This document shows, piece after piece, positions 13,501-27,156 of a stretch of DNA of 64,000 bases. The notes below the pieces were generated by a model. The model saw only the letters and a program-made list of their open reading frames with translations. It had not been told where the DNA came from and searched no databases. The translations under genes were made by a program, and so were the position numbers. How positions within the stretch are numbered: the stretch's first letter is position 1; each line of letters begins with the position of its first letter. The DNA is from Mytilus edulis (taxonomy: Eukaryota): contig NC_092350.1 of assembly GCF_963676685.1 (NCBI RefSeq), positions 19,778,001 through 19,842,000 on the forward strand, in the 5' to 3' direction.

Positions 13501-16500
13501 ACCATCTGAACTCATTAGGGTCCATACATACTGCTCCGTCGTTAGTCTCCCCTTTCAGACCTGCATTGCATAAGTAAATATAAAAGCGGATGTCATTTCA
13601 ACTTTGACATCCAGTCATTCATATTGTAAAAGAACTTGCATGTACCAATAATTTAATTTTGGATGTATAGCGTCTTCTGATTGGCTAACGTTATTTTGTT
13701 ACGAGCCCATAGACATAATTTAGTCATGTGACCGTGACGTCATCAACGTTTTTTCATGGTTTTCTACGGTTTAAAATGGAATTTAGAATTAAATTATAAA
13801 AAATGACTGTAATATTTTTTCTGTCTATTCGACATAACATTAAAAATGTGGTGCACACTGTTAAATAACCCGCAACGCGCGTTATTCAGTGTGCACCAAA
13901 TCTTTTATGTTATTTCTTCATAGACAGAAAAAATATTACAGTCATTCCTTAAATGGATTAATATGATTAAGTTCGAAAGACATATGCAAATCCTTTACTG
14001 TATGATAGTACAAGGCATCACTATAGAGATGTTAACATTGGAGTATAATACCATTCCGGAGCACCTCATATCATCCCTGCTTTGTTTAGTTTGTATTGCA
14101 TGTTGAATAACATGTTATTTGAAACATATTCTTTTATTTATTTTAGAGTGCAAATTTAACTGTTCCATATCACCCTACCTCAGAGATCGTTGGTATTTAG
14201 TCAATCAACCAAGAACAATACTTAGGGTCAGAAGGAAAAGTGTGGTGTTCAAAGAACCTGGCAAAGAAACGTTGAGATATAAGTGTGCTGAAAGCAAAGG
14301 AAATACTTTTCTTCTAAGGTAATACCAGTATATGATTTATTCTGTTTTAATTTGTTTTAAATGTGACAGTACAAATTGAAGAAACAACCCAACAACACAG
14401 AACGAAAATTGAAAAAACAACCCAACAACACACAATGAAAGAAAATTGTGATATGAAGGTCAACATATAGCATGAACAGTGGTTTATACAATATGTGAAG
14501 CTCAAAATTGACCATAGTCGATACAAATAGATACAATAGAGCCTACCAAAGATGTGACATCAACACACCATTCCATTAAGGACAAATGCAATTATATTAT
14601 ACTGATTTGGAACATGTGCATTAACATGTGGCGAAGAATGTTCTCATTGTTAAAGGTCGTACGGTGAAATGTAGTCATCCCTTGGTCACAGATGAATAAT
14701 TGTATCATTTGCATTCATACTATACATCTCAGTATTTTCAGTAAAACTTAATGAAAACATACAAGGTCAAATGTTGTATATGTATTTTCAAATCAATGTA
14801 TTGTTGATATTTATACATGCTGTAGCTGTCTTAAGTTTTGAGAAGATACTTTGCAATGATTATAACATTTCCCATTGTGTTTCCTGTTAAAATAATTAAC
14901 TCCCAACATCTGGATAAGTTTGATTAATTTATATTAAAATTACATGTAATTATTTCGTGCAGACTTAAAACGCATTGGATGATAGGAGATTCACTTCGTA
15001 ATTAATTTACAGGCAACTAGTTAGCACTTGAAATTCTTCTTTGTCAAGTAGTTTCTACCCTAAGTTTGTTATAATCACTTATATATTAGAAAACCAATAC
15101 TGTTTTAAATAGAAAACCGTTTAACATGCTTGAGAACATTATTTTTGAATACTCCTAATTCTAGTTCAGCACATCATTAACGTAAATGGTATGCACTTTT
15201 AATTGCTACGATATTACAACGATTTCTGCATGACCACGAGTTTCTTCTTTGTTCTGGTGCTTCAGGTTTTGTTAATCTGCCAGCAGTGCTATGCTATAAT
15301 CGTAAAGAAAAGAGTTTCAAATGAAACCATTTGTTCCACATTTTAAATCTAAAATGTAAAGGACGAACTTTTCTTCAGTTTGATGTCGGAGTTAAATATC
15401 TATGGAAATATGGGACATAATTCTGAGTGTAAATCAAAATTTCACAATTCATGAATAAATTGATTTTTTTTTGTGCAAATGAGACTTATGATGATAATGT
15501 TAATATAACAATACTACAGCGATGCATAAACCGACCCAAACCGACAAACTTGGGACAAAAAGAATTAGAAATTAAAGAATTACAAAAGGAGATAAATCAA
15601 AATTGAATACATATGTAGATATTCATTTAAGATTTTTGAAATTTAGTTCTATTTTACACGTGTCTGGCAAATTTCGCTTCATTTGCGAGGCTGTTTTTTG
15701 AAAAATGATTCAGTCAAAGATTGTATATTGCAATGCATAATGTTGCTATAGTTAATTAATGGTTTAGAGTTTTACAGTATAATAGTTACTGCAAGGATTT
15801 TCTATGATATTAATATGCAAGAATGTTTTTTATTTGAGAGCTTCATATACACGATGTCATCACATATCTATACGAATTTCTATACATTAACATATTTTCA
15901 TTTTAATTTCAGAATTCGAGACTATAGGCCTGGTTATCATGGTTACTTATGTATCGGATTTGCTTACATCGCATATCATGCACGTGCAGAATACAGCCTC
16001 GTTCGGCTAAATGGCAAGTCGTAATTCTAAAATTTCTGCTATTTATGTTGTTTTTTTTTATATATATGTTACACTGAAAGCCAAATATCAATTGATCATT
16101 ACATTACCGAAAGGTGAGTAAAAGAAAAGAAAGAAAAAAAGACATAAAACACCAGAAATTGTATATTGATTAAATCAAAATTTAATTGGATGTAATCAAC
16201 ATGGAAGTTTTCAATAAATTCATCCAGCTCCTTAGATCAAAGAATTCCAATGATATGCACAGTTATATGTTTATCAGAACATAAATCATCTGGCACAATT
16301 TGTTGATCAGGAATATAGATAGACGAAATTGAAAAATAGCTATATTCAATTATAAATCTGCATATTGAATTCTGTTAACAATAAATAAGAAAACAGAGTA
16401 ACAAGAAATGATATGAAACAGTAAATAACAGGTACTCTGGAAAATTTTGCAATTTATTAGTTCCAAATATGACACAATCGTCAAATTTACAAAAACAAAA

Positions 16501-19500
16501 AAAGATGTCCAGTGTTCTGTCACTGTCTTTAAAAGAAACAGACTGAGAATCGGCAACGAGGATAAAATCATAGTTCATTTAAAACAGGAAAACTGTAGAA
16601 AATATCGTATATATAAGGACTACGAAATTAATGATCACAGGACTTTAACTTAGGATAGTTTAGTTTAGTTTAGTTTATTCTCATAAAACCATGCAAGTAC
16701 AAAGGTTACAGAGAAGTTAAAAAAAAATATACATAAAAATAAAAAATGCATTAAAAATGCATAAAATTCAAAATTTCGGATGAGATAACATATAAAAGAA
16801 TATATATATAGATTTATATAGTCAAATGTAAAAACTAAAATTGTATAAAGAAATACTTTCTATAAGTATGTTAAATAAATTATGGTTGTTAAGAAGGAGT
16901 GAGCTTACTATTAATACATCTTATAAAATTGCAAAGGTTTCTTAGTGTCTTTGTTTTTTTTTGAATTAAACAGTTTGTTGAATGTAAAAATGTTATGTCT
17001 TGGTATTAGTCCATTTGGAATAAATCTTCTTCTGTCATCTTGTAAAGCCGGGCAAACAAAAATATAGTGGTATTCGTCTCCGATATCTCTTTATGTACAT
17101 ATTGAACATTTTCTGTCACTTCTGTCAATGTTATACCATCTCCCCTTTTCTATTGGCAGTGAAGGATTCGATGTTCGGAATTTACAAAGTGTATATATAT
17201 GATGTTGAAATAATTCTCAAATTCAAAATGTTCCTTAAAGAGCCTATAAGTAATGCATTTTGATGTGTTCTGAATAGCTGAGTTCCAAATTTGTTTAAAC
17301 TGGTCAATTAATCTAAGTTTGATACTTTTTGGTAACCATTTGGTGAGGTCTGTATTTTGCACATAACATAAGTTTGAAAATCCGGCATTGTCCAATATAT
17401 TTTTAATGTTCTTTATCCATAAAATATCATCATTGTTTGTGTGATATCGGGAATATACAAATTTTTATAAGATTGATGATAACTTGTTTTCATCTATAAG
17501 CAGCCTGCACCAATATGTTATCATTCGACATTTAATGCTTATTTCCAATGGGTATCGTCCGGTTTCACCGTACACAATCATGCTTGGGGTAGATCTCTTG
17601 AGGTATAGTAAATGCTTTAAAAATTTGAGATGAACTTGTTCAATATAAATGTCATTTTTTCCAAATCCCCATACTTCACATCCGTATAGAAGAATTGGTT
17701 TCACCAGTTTGTCAAATAACTCTAATTGGCATCCAATTTATAAATTACACTGCCTATCTTTTTTTAATAACGTTGTACATAGCTTTTGTTGCTTTTTCTG
17801 ATAGTCTTTTCTTTGCTTTATTGAAGGATCCGGATCTTGTTAACAATAGTCCAAGGTAGATAAATTCTTTCACTGTTTCATAAATGAAATTAATATTATT
17901 AGGCTGTCTTCTTTTAGAGAAAATTAAAACTTTAGTCTTAGATGTATTTACTTTAAGTTTCCAAGTATCACAATATTCACTGAAGCAATTTAATTGCATT
18001 TGAAGGTCTTCCTTTGTTTCTGACATTAGAACAGTATCATCGGCATATAATAAAATGAACAGCTTTAAATAGATATTGAGGCTAGTTTCAAGGGACAGTT
18101 ACCATAGAGCAGATACAGTTTAAAGTACAACAAACCATGAGTTATTTGGTGAAGTTATTTGTAGAGAAGTCTGTCTATGAGTCCGAAATATTATTTATAG
18201 ACATTGAATGAAATATATGATTTTAACATGATCGATATAAAATTTGGCTTTTTTGATTCCATTAAAAAACTAGCTAGCCAGCCTCTGTGAATATAACACA
18301 CAGAATGCCGGAAAACAGCAAAATCCTGCAATTAGATATAGGAGATGTGGTATGAGTGCCCATGAGACAACTCTCCATCCAAGTAACAATTTATAAAAGT
18401 AAACCATTATAGGTCAAGGTACGGTCTTCAACACGGCTCACACCGAACAGCAAGCTAAAGGGCCCCAAAAATTACTGGTGTAAAACCATTCAAACGGGAA
18501 AACCAATGGTCTAATCTATATGAAAACGAAAAAAGAGAAACACTTATGAACCACATAAACAGACAACAACCACTGAAGTTGACTGAACATCAGACTCCTT
18601 ACTTAGGACAAGTGCAAACTATTGCAGCGGAATTAAATGTTTTAATGGTACCAAACCTTCTCCCTTTTCTGAAACAATAGTATACGTCACAACATAGAAA
18701 GACACACTGTAAAATATCAAAAACATGAATTGTTCGAGTTTATAATTTATGATTGGTGATTTCCATCTTTTAAACAGATCCATCTATTGGTCACAGCTTG
18801 ATGGGTCCATTATTGTACAGAGGAGATTTTGGTCCCATGTCATTAAACGATGTGTGTCTTGGATCATCAGTGCCTGTCTATTCATATCTCCAAAGAACGA
18901 GTAAGTCATTATGTGTCGGCTAGAATGCAATAACAAAAGTATTCAATGTATACAAAACTCTTGCTTACAATATGTTTCTTCGCGCTTGTATGAAGTTATG
19001 TTTTTAAAAAAAAACCTGTCTGGTTCTAGATCTAGAGCTTGTCACATTTCAGAACAAACAATAAATTATTGTAACAGATACATGCATAAGTGTCAAAAGA
19101 GGTATTTTTTCTGTATTATGATTGCATGAATGTATTCCTAGCATATAATACAAATGAGGACAATTCGGCAAATTTAAAATAGTGCATTTTAAGGATAAGC
19201 AATTATTTTTGCCCTTTTGACACAGTGTCGACCTTTTGACACCAGCATTGATCGTATGATTAAATACCTTCCACGAAAACGATGAACAAAGGACACGAAA
19301 ATTACTATCACAACCCATTCATATCTATGCAGGGTCATTTGTGACTCCGGTATTCGATAAATGTCAAATGTCATGATGATGAGTGAAATACTCAAAATAA
19401 TGATTTCAGTTGTTGAAGACTGCGATAAAAGTCTGCACTTCGTCTATAATGAACATCTTTGGTGTGTTTTTAGACAACAAATAAAAAGTAAATGGGATAT

Positions 19501-20577
19501 ACATTATGAAACTACAAAGGACGATTTCATCGATTTTCTGTTTCCAATATTCAACGATATACAAATTTCAACACGTTATATCAAGCTCAAAATCGCCACC
19601 TAGTCTAGATTCATTTTCATAAAAACACTTCGTTTTTTTCTTTTGCTTAGGTCCTGGATGTAAGTTTCCGAAGGTACTTCGTCATTCCTGGAGTACTTCT
19701 ATAAAGATTGCATGGAGAGTGTCTTTTACCAAATCTGATTTCACTCTGACATTAATGAATGGGACAGATGTTTTATTCAGATGTGAAAAAAGAGATAAAC
19801 ATATTTTTCAACTGCGGTAAGTATGAACATCAAGAATTATTACAAATATTTTTTGATACCATTTTCTAATCACGAGTACATGCATGGCTTTACAAAGTTT
19901 GATTATAATAGTATGTTTTCTGAAGTTACTGAATCATGAATTTTTAATCGAGGGCTAGCTACTACTAGTAAATGACTATAAGTAATACAAATGTTCATAC
20001 CATTGGCTTTATACAATATGTGTACCTTGTCGAGTCTTGCAGGTCTGATTTATTGTTTTTTTTTTTCTAAATGGATCAATTTATTTTACCATTATATCGT
20101 GGACTCTTATTATTTCAGAGCTAGTTCCATAACATCAGGTCAGGATGGAATATTGTGCCTTCGTATTAAATCAATACGTAACGATCCTTTCTATGATTTT
20201 GAAATCGCCCGGATGAATAGTAAGTATATTTAGAACATAGGATTAGTTATTCTAACGAAACAAATAAATTTATCACCATAAGTCCATGGAAATTCACAAG
20301 CGTTAAAATGAAGTCATGAATAACGTATTTTTAGTTCTAAGAGCAAACTCTATATATGAAAGTTATTTTGCCTTTAGAAGTAAGAAAGGATGACCATGTG
20401 CTCATATATATTCAGCTTAGATGTATTATTGTGTGTTGTAAAATTGTAGGTGGCAGTACAGAAATGGGAATGATTATGACAATACCACGTGGCAAACCTT
20501 TTCACATGCACGAAGATTGTGATTGGATAGACAGTCCTGCTCGTTCGGAGTTCCTTTACACTCTTCCTAAAGCATGA
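10585..20577 (+). CDS. Uncharacterised secreted protein (~285 aa) with two tandem 4-cysteine domains
   Basis: Exons 10585-10648 (VYWFRCSIAYMYILVYLSTII, hydrophobic), 14147-14318, 15913-16013 (GC donor), 18778-18900, 19651-19816, 20119-20219 and 20450-20577 (TGA) join in frame with phases 1,2,1,1,2,1. Start codon uncertain: ATG at 10615, or an upstream exon ending ATG|gtacgt at 8152-8154. Confidence 0.85.
13645..13952. mobile_element. Non-autonomous repeat with a long terminal hairpin (family uncertain; Crypton- or Helitron-derived possible)
   Basis: About 70-bp arms AATGACTGTAATATTTTTTCTGTCTA..GGTGCACACTG / CAGTGTGCACC..TAGACAGAAAAAATATTACAGTCATT at 13802-13947; partial reverse copy at ~51912-52090. 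Confidence 0.7.
16880..18085 (-). mobile_element. Degenerate RTEX-like LINE, RT C-terminus and post-RT region
   Basis: YADDTVLMSETKEDLQ..KVNTSKTKVLIF..YLG, KPILLYGCEVWG, VYGETGRYPL and GDEYHYIFVCPA motifs, split by frameshifts and stops (ORFs 17754-18026, 17465-17704, 17150-17395). Confidence 0.9.
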
Positions 20578-21647
20578 TAATGAAAAGCGTAAACTGTTTT
20601 ATTCAAAATATATCTGTATATATTCATGAATTCACAATGATGTAGTTTTTATTATTACTGACTTATTGTTTTGATGTTATATTTTTTAATTCTGTGTTTT
20701 CTAGGTAGTTTATCTTGAAAATCTAATTATTTGTAAAGTTTTGTCTTTTGGCTAGCATCAACAACCAACAAGTTCTACCTTAAACAACTAAATGATGAAA
20801 TAAAGAACCAGCAATTTTAAAGCATTGATATTGATATATTATTTAATTTTGAGAACCGAATGTCATTTTTTTTTAATAAATACTCTCGGAAAGCAGATTT
20901 AATAAAGCACGATTTTGTTGTTTTATCTTATTGCATATTCTTGTTGATTATTTATATTTTACAATTCATAAACTGAAATAATTCAAAATTTTGATGGATA
21001 TTTTTATTAAAAAATAGTAAAACGCATTATGGTCACTGCCATATATAACCTGAACTTCAATAACATTATGTTGTTCATGTTTGATCCTAATGAATATCAA
21101 AGTCGTGACTGAAAGAGTGCTTCTGAATTCAACTTGTTTGTAATGGAACATTTACTTTAAAGCTTAAGATAACACCAAAATGTATTCCTTTAGATGAAAA
21201 TAAAGGGACAGGAAAATCAATGATTCAGACAAATGCGGAGCTCAAACTTGATCCTTTCAACATTGGAGTTTTAACGTAAAGCAATAGTTATGGTCAATTT
21301 TATTCTCCATATCAGCTATACGGAAGCCTACCTTTCACATTGTTACCAATTAAGAGTTGTTCCTTAACAAAATAAGACTTCTAGGCTTTATAAATCTAAC
21401 CACAATTTAATATTTCACTTTACCACCAAAGATTTTTTTAATCATTTTCATAAACAAATTTTGATAGAAATAAAAAGTTTCATTTAAATAAATCACCTTT
21501 TATCGCATTCATTGATGCCTTTATAATACATACATATTAAGAAATTATTAGTCTTTACCATGTTCTTAATATTAAGTACCGAAGTCCTAGTAATGATAGT
21601 AATTGATATAACATTTTATTGTTAAAATATAAAAATCAAGTGAGCGA

Positions 21648-24600
21648 CTACGGGCACCTCACTCGTCCTTGTTTTCGTGTGTTGGGAACCTCTTGTCCAT
21701 TTGAATAATAAACACACCAACACTCCCCAACGCAAGGGTCACATTGGGTAGGAGCGAACCAACCTGAAACAGAAAAATAATAACAATAAAAAAGTCATAG
21801 ATAAGAATTGAACAATATTACAATACTGAAATCCATAACCAAGGTTAGAACTTGTAGTTTGATTGATGGTTGTCTAACGTCCAGTGGCAAATATTTCATG
21901 CATGTTTAGGACGAGAATAGGTTAATAAATAAAATAGGTAGGTCTAGGTTAATAAATACAATAGGTAGGTCTTGTAATAATAGAGGCCATCCGGGATGAT
22001 GGTCCGGGTAATCTGGACTGCCACTGGAAAATGACAGTGCATTCGATAGGGACATAAATTCTACCTTGCAACAGGCCACCTACGGATTGATGGTTGACGT
22101 TCAGTGGCAAATATGTCATGCATGTTCAGGACGAGAACAATTTAATAAATACAATAGGTAGGTCTTATAATAATAGAGGCCATCCGAGATGATGGTCTTG
22201 GTAATTTGGACTGCCACTGGAAAATGAGAGCGCATACAATAGGGACATAAATTCTACCTTGCAACAGGTTACATACGGATTGTTAGTTTTTATCCCTTCT
22301 AACTCGATGCTTTTTTATGACGTTTGTCTCTGAAAGATTGTTAATGTGCATACCGAAAATAATCTGCGCAAAGATTATATATGTGGTATTTCCCTTTTAT
22401 ATTTCGCTCTTCGATATAAAGGCGAGAGTATACGACAAAGTATATAATTACACAGTATTGGTCGAAGAAAGACCATGACATGTATTAGAAATAGACAAAA
22501 TAGAAACATAACACCTATAAACCGTTTCTGCTCCATTCATGACACCATCGTGTTGATGTTTGTAATATTCGGTTAGTTATAGTCTAAGATTAGACGACTC
22601 TATGCTTAATTTCATTGAAAAATGTGAAACATTTTAAGGAAAGAGGTTTGAAAAATGGTGACGTGAAATAGAAACAATACAGACATACATAATCTCATGT
22701 CGATAAACAGCACAAAACTCCTGAGCAAAATACGAAAAACTTATTTAAAAAAAATCATTTATCGCGATCATAAAACCTCTTGAGCGGAAAACCACAGTAC
22801 AAAATAATACAAAAAGAAGAAAATTGCAGTATAGATAGAGTATTTATTTACCTTCTGGTGTACACCTTGGCTTGAGTGGACACGGAGTTGTCGTTGGGAC
22901 TGTCGGCGTCGTTAATACCTCTGTGGACATGTCAGGTGTTGTGGTAATTGATTCACTTGTAGATCCAAGGTCTGTCGTCGATACTGCAGTAAATGTTGTT
23001 GCCTCGGTGGACGATTCACTTGTGAACGAAATGTCTTCTGTAGTGATTGGTTCGCTCGAAGTAAACGAAGCAGTTACAGTTGTTTGATCCTCGGTAATTT
23101 GTTCCGAAGTTCCAGATTGTGGTGTGGTAATAGTGTCATTTGGTGTCATATTTAACGATCCAGTTGTAATATTCAGTGGTGAATCTGTTGTAATTTGTGA
23201 TAACAATTTCATTAATGTAGTATAATTTGGTGATGATGGACCATTGCTGGATTGATTCGCCTTAGTTTTGGAAAGTGAGACCAGTAAATGTGTTGTGCTA
23301 TTCAGGGTTGGTTTTGTTACTTGTTTTGAAGTGGACAATGGCTGTCTGTTTGTAACCGCTTGTCGTTTTCCTCTGATATGTATGTCAGTTTGGTACTGCT
23401 TGAGAGCAACAAAACATGGTCGACTTGATTGCAAAACCTCTGTTTAAGAAAGTGTCACATAATTTAATAATAAAAAATGGAATTTTTTTATGAAATATAA
23501 AACGTATTGTTTTATGAATATAATCATGTTATTCAAAGAAGTAATCATATACAAAATGTTTCTATTAAAATAGGTTGATCTTGTTTTTGATATTCAATTC
23601 TAACATTGTTTTTTTCAAGTGTTCAATCGGTTTGAAAAAAGGTTATCAAACTATTTAAGGCTTACAATTTCATAACGGTAGATGTCGTTTGATTTTGCCA
23701 TGTGATTATGGACTTTCCGATTTGATTTTCCTCTGAGTTCAGTATTTTTGTGATTTTACTTTTTTCAGTTCTAACGTAATCGTCTTACACTACTTATTAT
23801 TGATTTTCCTTATAAATAGACTTGCCTATATTTCTTATCACAGACAAAAAAAAAAAAGAACAAGTAGACTGTCATCCGTTATATAGAAATTAAATATGAA
23901 TTTATTAAACGTTCTTAATCTATTGTCCGTCAGCCAAATTGAAAGAAGATTTTTTCTCATTTCAAACAGTGAAATTCAATAGATATTTTCAAGGTTTATT
24001 AAATAATAATTGTCTAATTAATAATTTTGCAGGACACAAACGATAAGTTTCCTCTAGCAAAGTTTGAAATATTGAATTTGTTATCAGAGAGTCCCAGACT
24101 TTACGACTCATTAAAACATAATTAACTATCAGGCTATGCATATATCTATGACATTTCAGATTTGCATTACACTACATTTCTACTACACATTTTTAACAGT
24201 TATGGATATACTTAATAAGAATAGTTGGTGAATGAGAAGCATGCAGATAAACTTTAAGACTGGGTATGATTGAAACATTAATTTAGTCTAGAAAAAAGAC
24301 GAAAGAAATTATAGGAATCATATTAAGTTCATAAGTTGAAGGGATATCGACAACAACATTGCAAAAATGGAAAAATGCCGAAAATACAAAAACTGCGTAC
24401 ATATAAAACAAAACACTAAAAGAATGTCACTTTTAGTACAGTGTTTTTAAAACACAACAAAGAAAACAAAAGACTTCGCAAGACTTAACAAAAATACAAA
24501 AGGAAATATACTTATAATGTTTGAATTTACCACCAGGCTTTCTGCATAGTCCTTTTGGTTCGTGATGATTACCGAAGTTGCCACCTGCACCTAATGTATC

Positions 24601-27156
24601 AGTGGGAACGGAGGCCTGACAATTTAGTCCAGATGTACATTTTCCATATATCTTCCAAGGTCCACCACATACTTCTCCCTCAATCTTAAATAAAGTGCTG
24701 ATGTAATGGTTATATTATCAAAAATCAATATTTGCAAAACTAAGATATAAAAAAGGAAAGGCAAGTTAAATACTACTGAGATTATGTCGTACTCACATTC
24801 CGAACTTTTGAAAAGTGGTAGCGAAAGATTAATTTGAGCGCTAAATGAAAAATTATCATGCCTAAAGAAGAGCTTTGAATATACCGAGAGTTATTACTAA
24901 CTTTTAAAATTATTCTGCCAAGAACTTTGATGAGGAGCAAAACTTAAACCCCCAATTCCCTAACCCATTGACCACTATCTAGTTAAACTTTATAATAAAA
25001 ACTGAAAAAGTCTACTCTGCAACTAAAGCTGTTCGTATTATACCAGACCACATGATCACTTATATTTACATGTATGCCAGTTACATGTAGCAGCATTTTG
25101 GTTAAGATACTAGTAATCTAATACATTAGATATAACACTGTTTTGTTTATGCATTAACTAAAATACTGTAAAAACCTTGGAACAAATTTGGCAACATCCA
25201 CATGGATCTAGAACGAGAGTGCTAGTCGTAGGACAGGTTGGCACTGGTCCACAGTATGTGTCTCTGTGTCGATAGTCACAGTCACATGATAAACATGTGA
25301 TACTAAAAAAACAAAACAAAATGAATCCCTTTGCATTTTATCTCCAAGACAACTGGATTAAAGATCTTTAATTTTAAGGCCCCATTTCAGAATAGTGACA
25401 CAGCAAACCTAAGTTTAAAAGAAGTCCGAGTCCGATGTCAGAATAGGTAGCTATTGATCCAGACGACTTCCTCAAATCAGCAAGAACAAGACGAAACATC
25501 GCAGCTAAAAAGTTTGACAACTATCAAGCCACAAACATTGTTGAAAAACAAGTGAGGAACAATACCAGGTGTTTTGACATTACTACTAGTAAAACACCGC
25601 AACATTCAAATTCATTCTTTGTGTCTACAATAGTAAATTGGAACCATTTAGAAGACACTATTGCTCGCGCAACAAGTGTAGCGATCTTTAAATCTGCTCT
25701 CGCGAAACGTCAATAAATCGACGGCGCCTTCACTCCCGTTGTATAAAATCCAGAATTGGTAGCTACGACGTACCCATACAGATACAGATACAGATACAGA
25801 TAGACATACTTTCACACTCGGTCACGTTTTATGGACAGAGAATTAACATGTTCCAAAAATTTATAAAGTTTAATTGAGGTTTGATGCTGGCAGGTCAGTA
25901 ACTGCTAGTAGTCCTTTGATAATTTATGTATCATTGTCATTTTGCTTAGTTTCTTTTGTTACCTATTCTGACATCGGACTCGGACTTCTTTTAAACTTAG
26001 TTTTGCTGTGTGTATTGCTGTGTGTTTGTTTTTTCTTCATTAGTTTGAGGTATAGGAGGAGGGTTGTGATCTCACAAAACATTTTTAACCCCGAAGCAAT
26101 TTTGCGCCTGTCCCAAGTCAGGAGCCTTTGTCCTTTTTTGTATGATTTTTAATTTTAGTATGACGTTCATTACCACGCGCACTGAACATTTATTCATCTT
26201 TGTTTAAGGGTCAGCTGAAAACTCCCTCTTGCTGCGGGATTTTCTCGCTGTGTTGAAGACCTGTTGGTGGTCTTCGGCTCTTTTTTGCTATGTGGTCGGT
26301 TCTTTTTCTCTTTGACACATTCAACATTTCCACTCTCAATTTTATTGGTTGTCTTGTGGTTAGACAAGAGACATTTATATATAAAAAAGCCATTAAGACA
26401 ACTCTTCTCAAAAGACCAAATGAAATGGAAATTAACAACTATAATAGGTCCCCGTACGGCCTTCAACAAAGCCAAGACCGCTTAGCCAGTTAAAGATGCT
26501 GAAATAGTCCGTTTTTGTGTGATGTGTAAAAAAAACTACGGTTAACAAGATCTCACACCCCATCTTAAGTTACTGCCAGATTGAATAAGAAAATATGATT
26601 TAAAACACTGTTGTTATGACGAAATAAACAAAACCATGATCTGTTTGAAGGACTGAGAAGCGTTTATCTTCCAGTTATAGTTATACATGCTATATTGGAA
26701 CTTTCTGACTGTATATAGAAGCATAAAGGTTGATAAAGGAATTCGTGATTTAACTTATTCAGAAGTTCCAAGTGTTACCAGTGAATATGAAATGATGATC
26801 ATTAGCGCATTTTGCCTAACGCGCAAGTTTATATCTATTTATTTTTTCTTTACCGTTTATGAATTTTACTTTTAAAAGATGCTTTTACTTGATCGAGTAC
26901 CAAAATTTCTAAGCATAATGTAGTAAACCTATCGAGTCAAAAGTCCGTAATATGACATAGTCTGTACGACAAATACTATAATGTCAAATCCTATAAACTT
27001 TAAACAATTATGCATTTTACAGGCTGAAACAGTTCTGCAAAAAAAATTACAATGCAATCAGGCTCTTTAATCGAGAACAACAGCAATCACATAGTTAACC
27101 AATTTAACATACCTTGAAACAAAGGATGTAATGATTAAAATCCCGAATTTATTCAT
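21648..27156 (-). CDS. IGFBP-like secreted protein (342 aa): signal peptide, IB domain, thyroglobulin type-1 domain with Thr/Ser-rich insert
   Basis: Exons 27113-27156 (MNKFGILIITSFVS), 25176-25302 (LSCDC..LVLDPCGCCQICSK), 24531-24684 (EGEVCGGPW..GKCTSGLNC), 22852-23439 (SSRPCF..RGKR..Thr-rich..PRCTPE) and 21648-21763 (GWFAPTQC..GECWCV..NGQEVPNT..RCP*). Phases are consistent. CGCCxxC and QC/CWCV are IB and TY hallmark motifs. Confidence 0.9.
21861..22282. repeat. Tandem duplication (~200-225 bp x2) in an intron
   Basis: TTGATGGTTG..CAGTGGCAAATAT..CATGCATG..GACTGCCACTGGAAAATGA..ACCTTGCAACAGG..TACGGATTG occurs twice. Confidence 0.85.
25447..25802 (+). mobile_element. CR1/L2-type LINE 3' end with (CAGATA)n tail
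   Basis: Translates as ..HSNSFFVSTIVNWNHLEDTIARATSVAIFKSAL..*, followed by a short 3' UTR and a CAGATA microsatellite. Confidence 0.75.
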
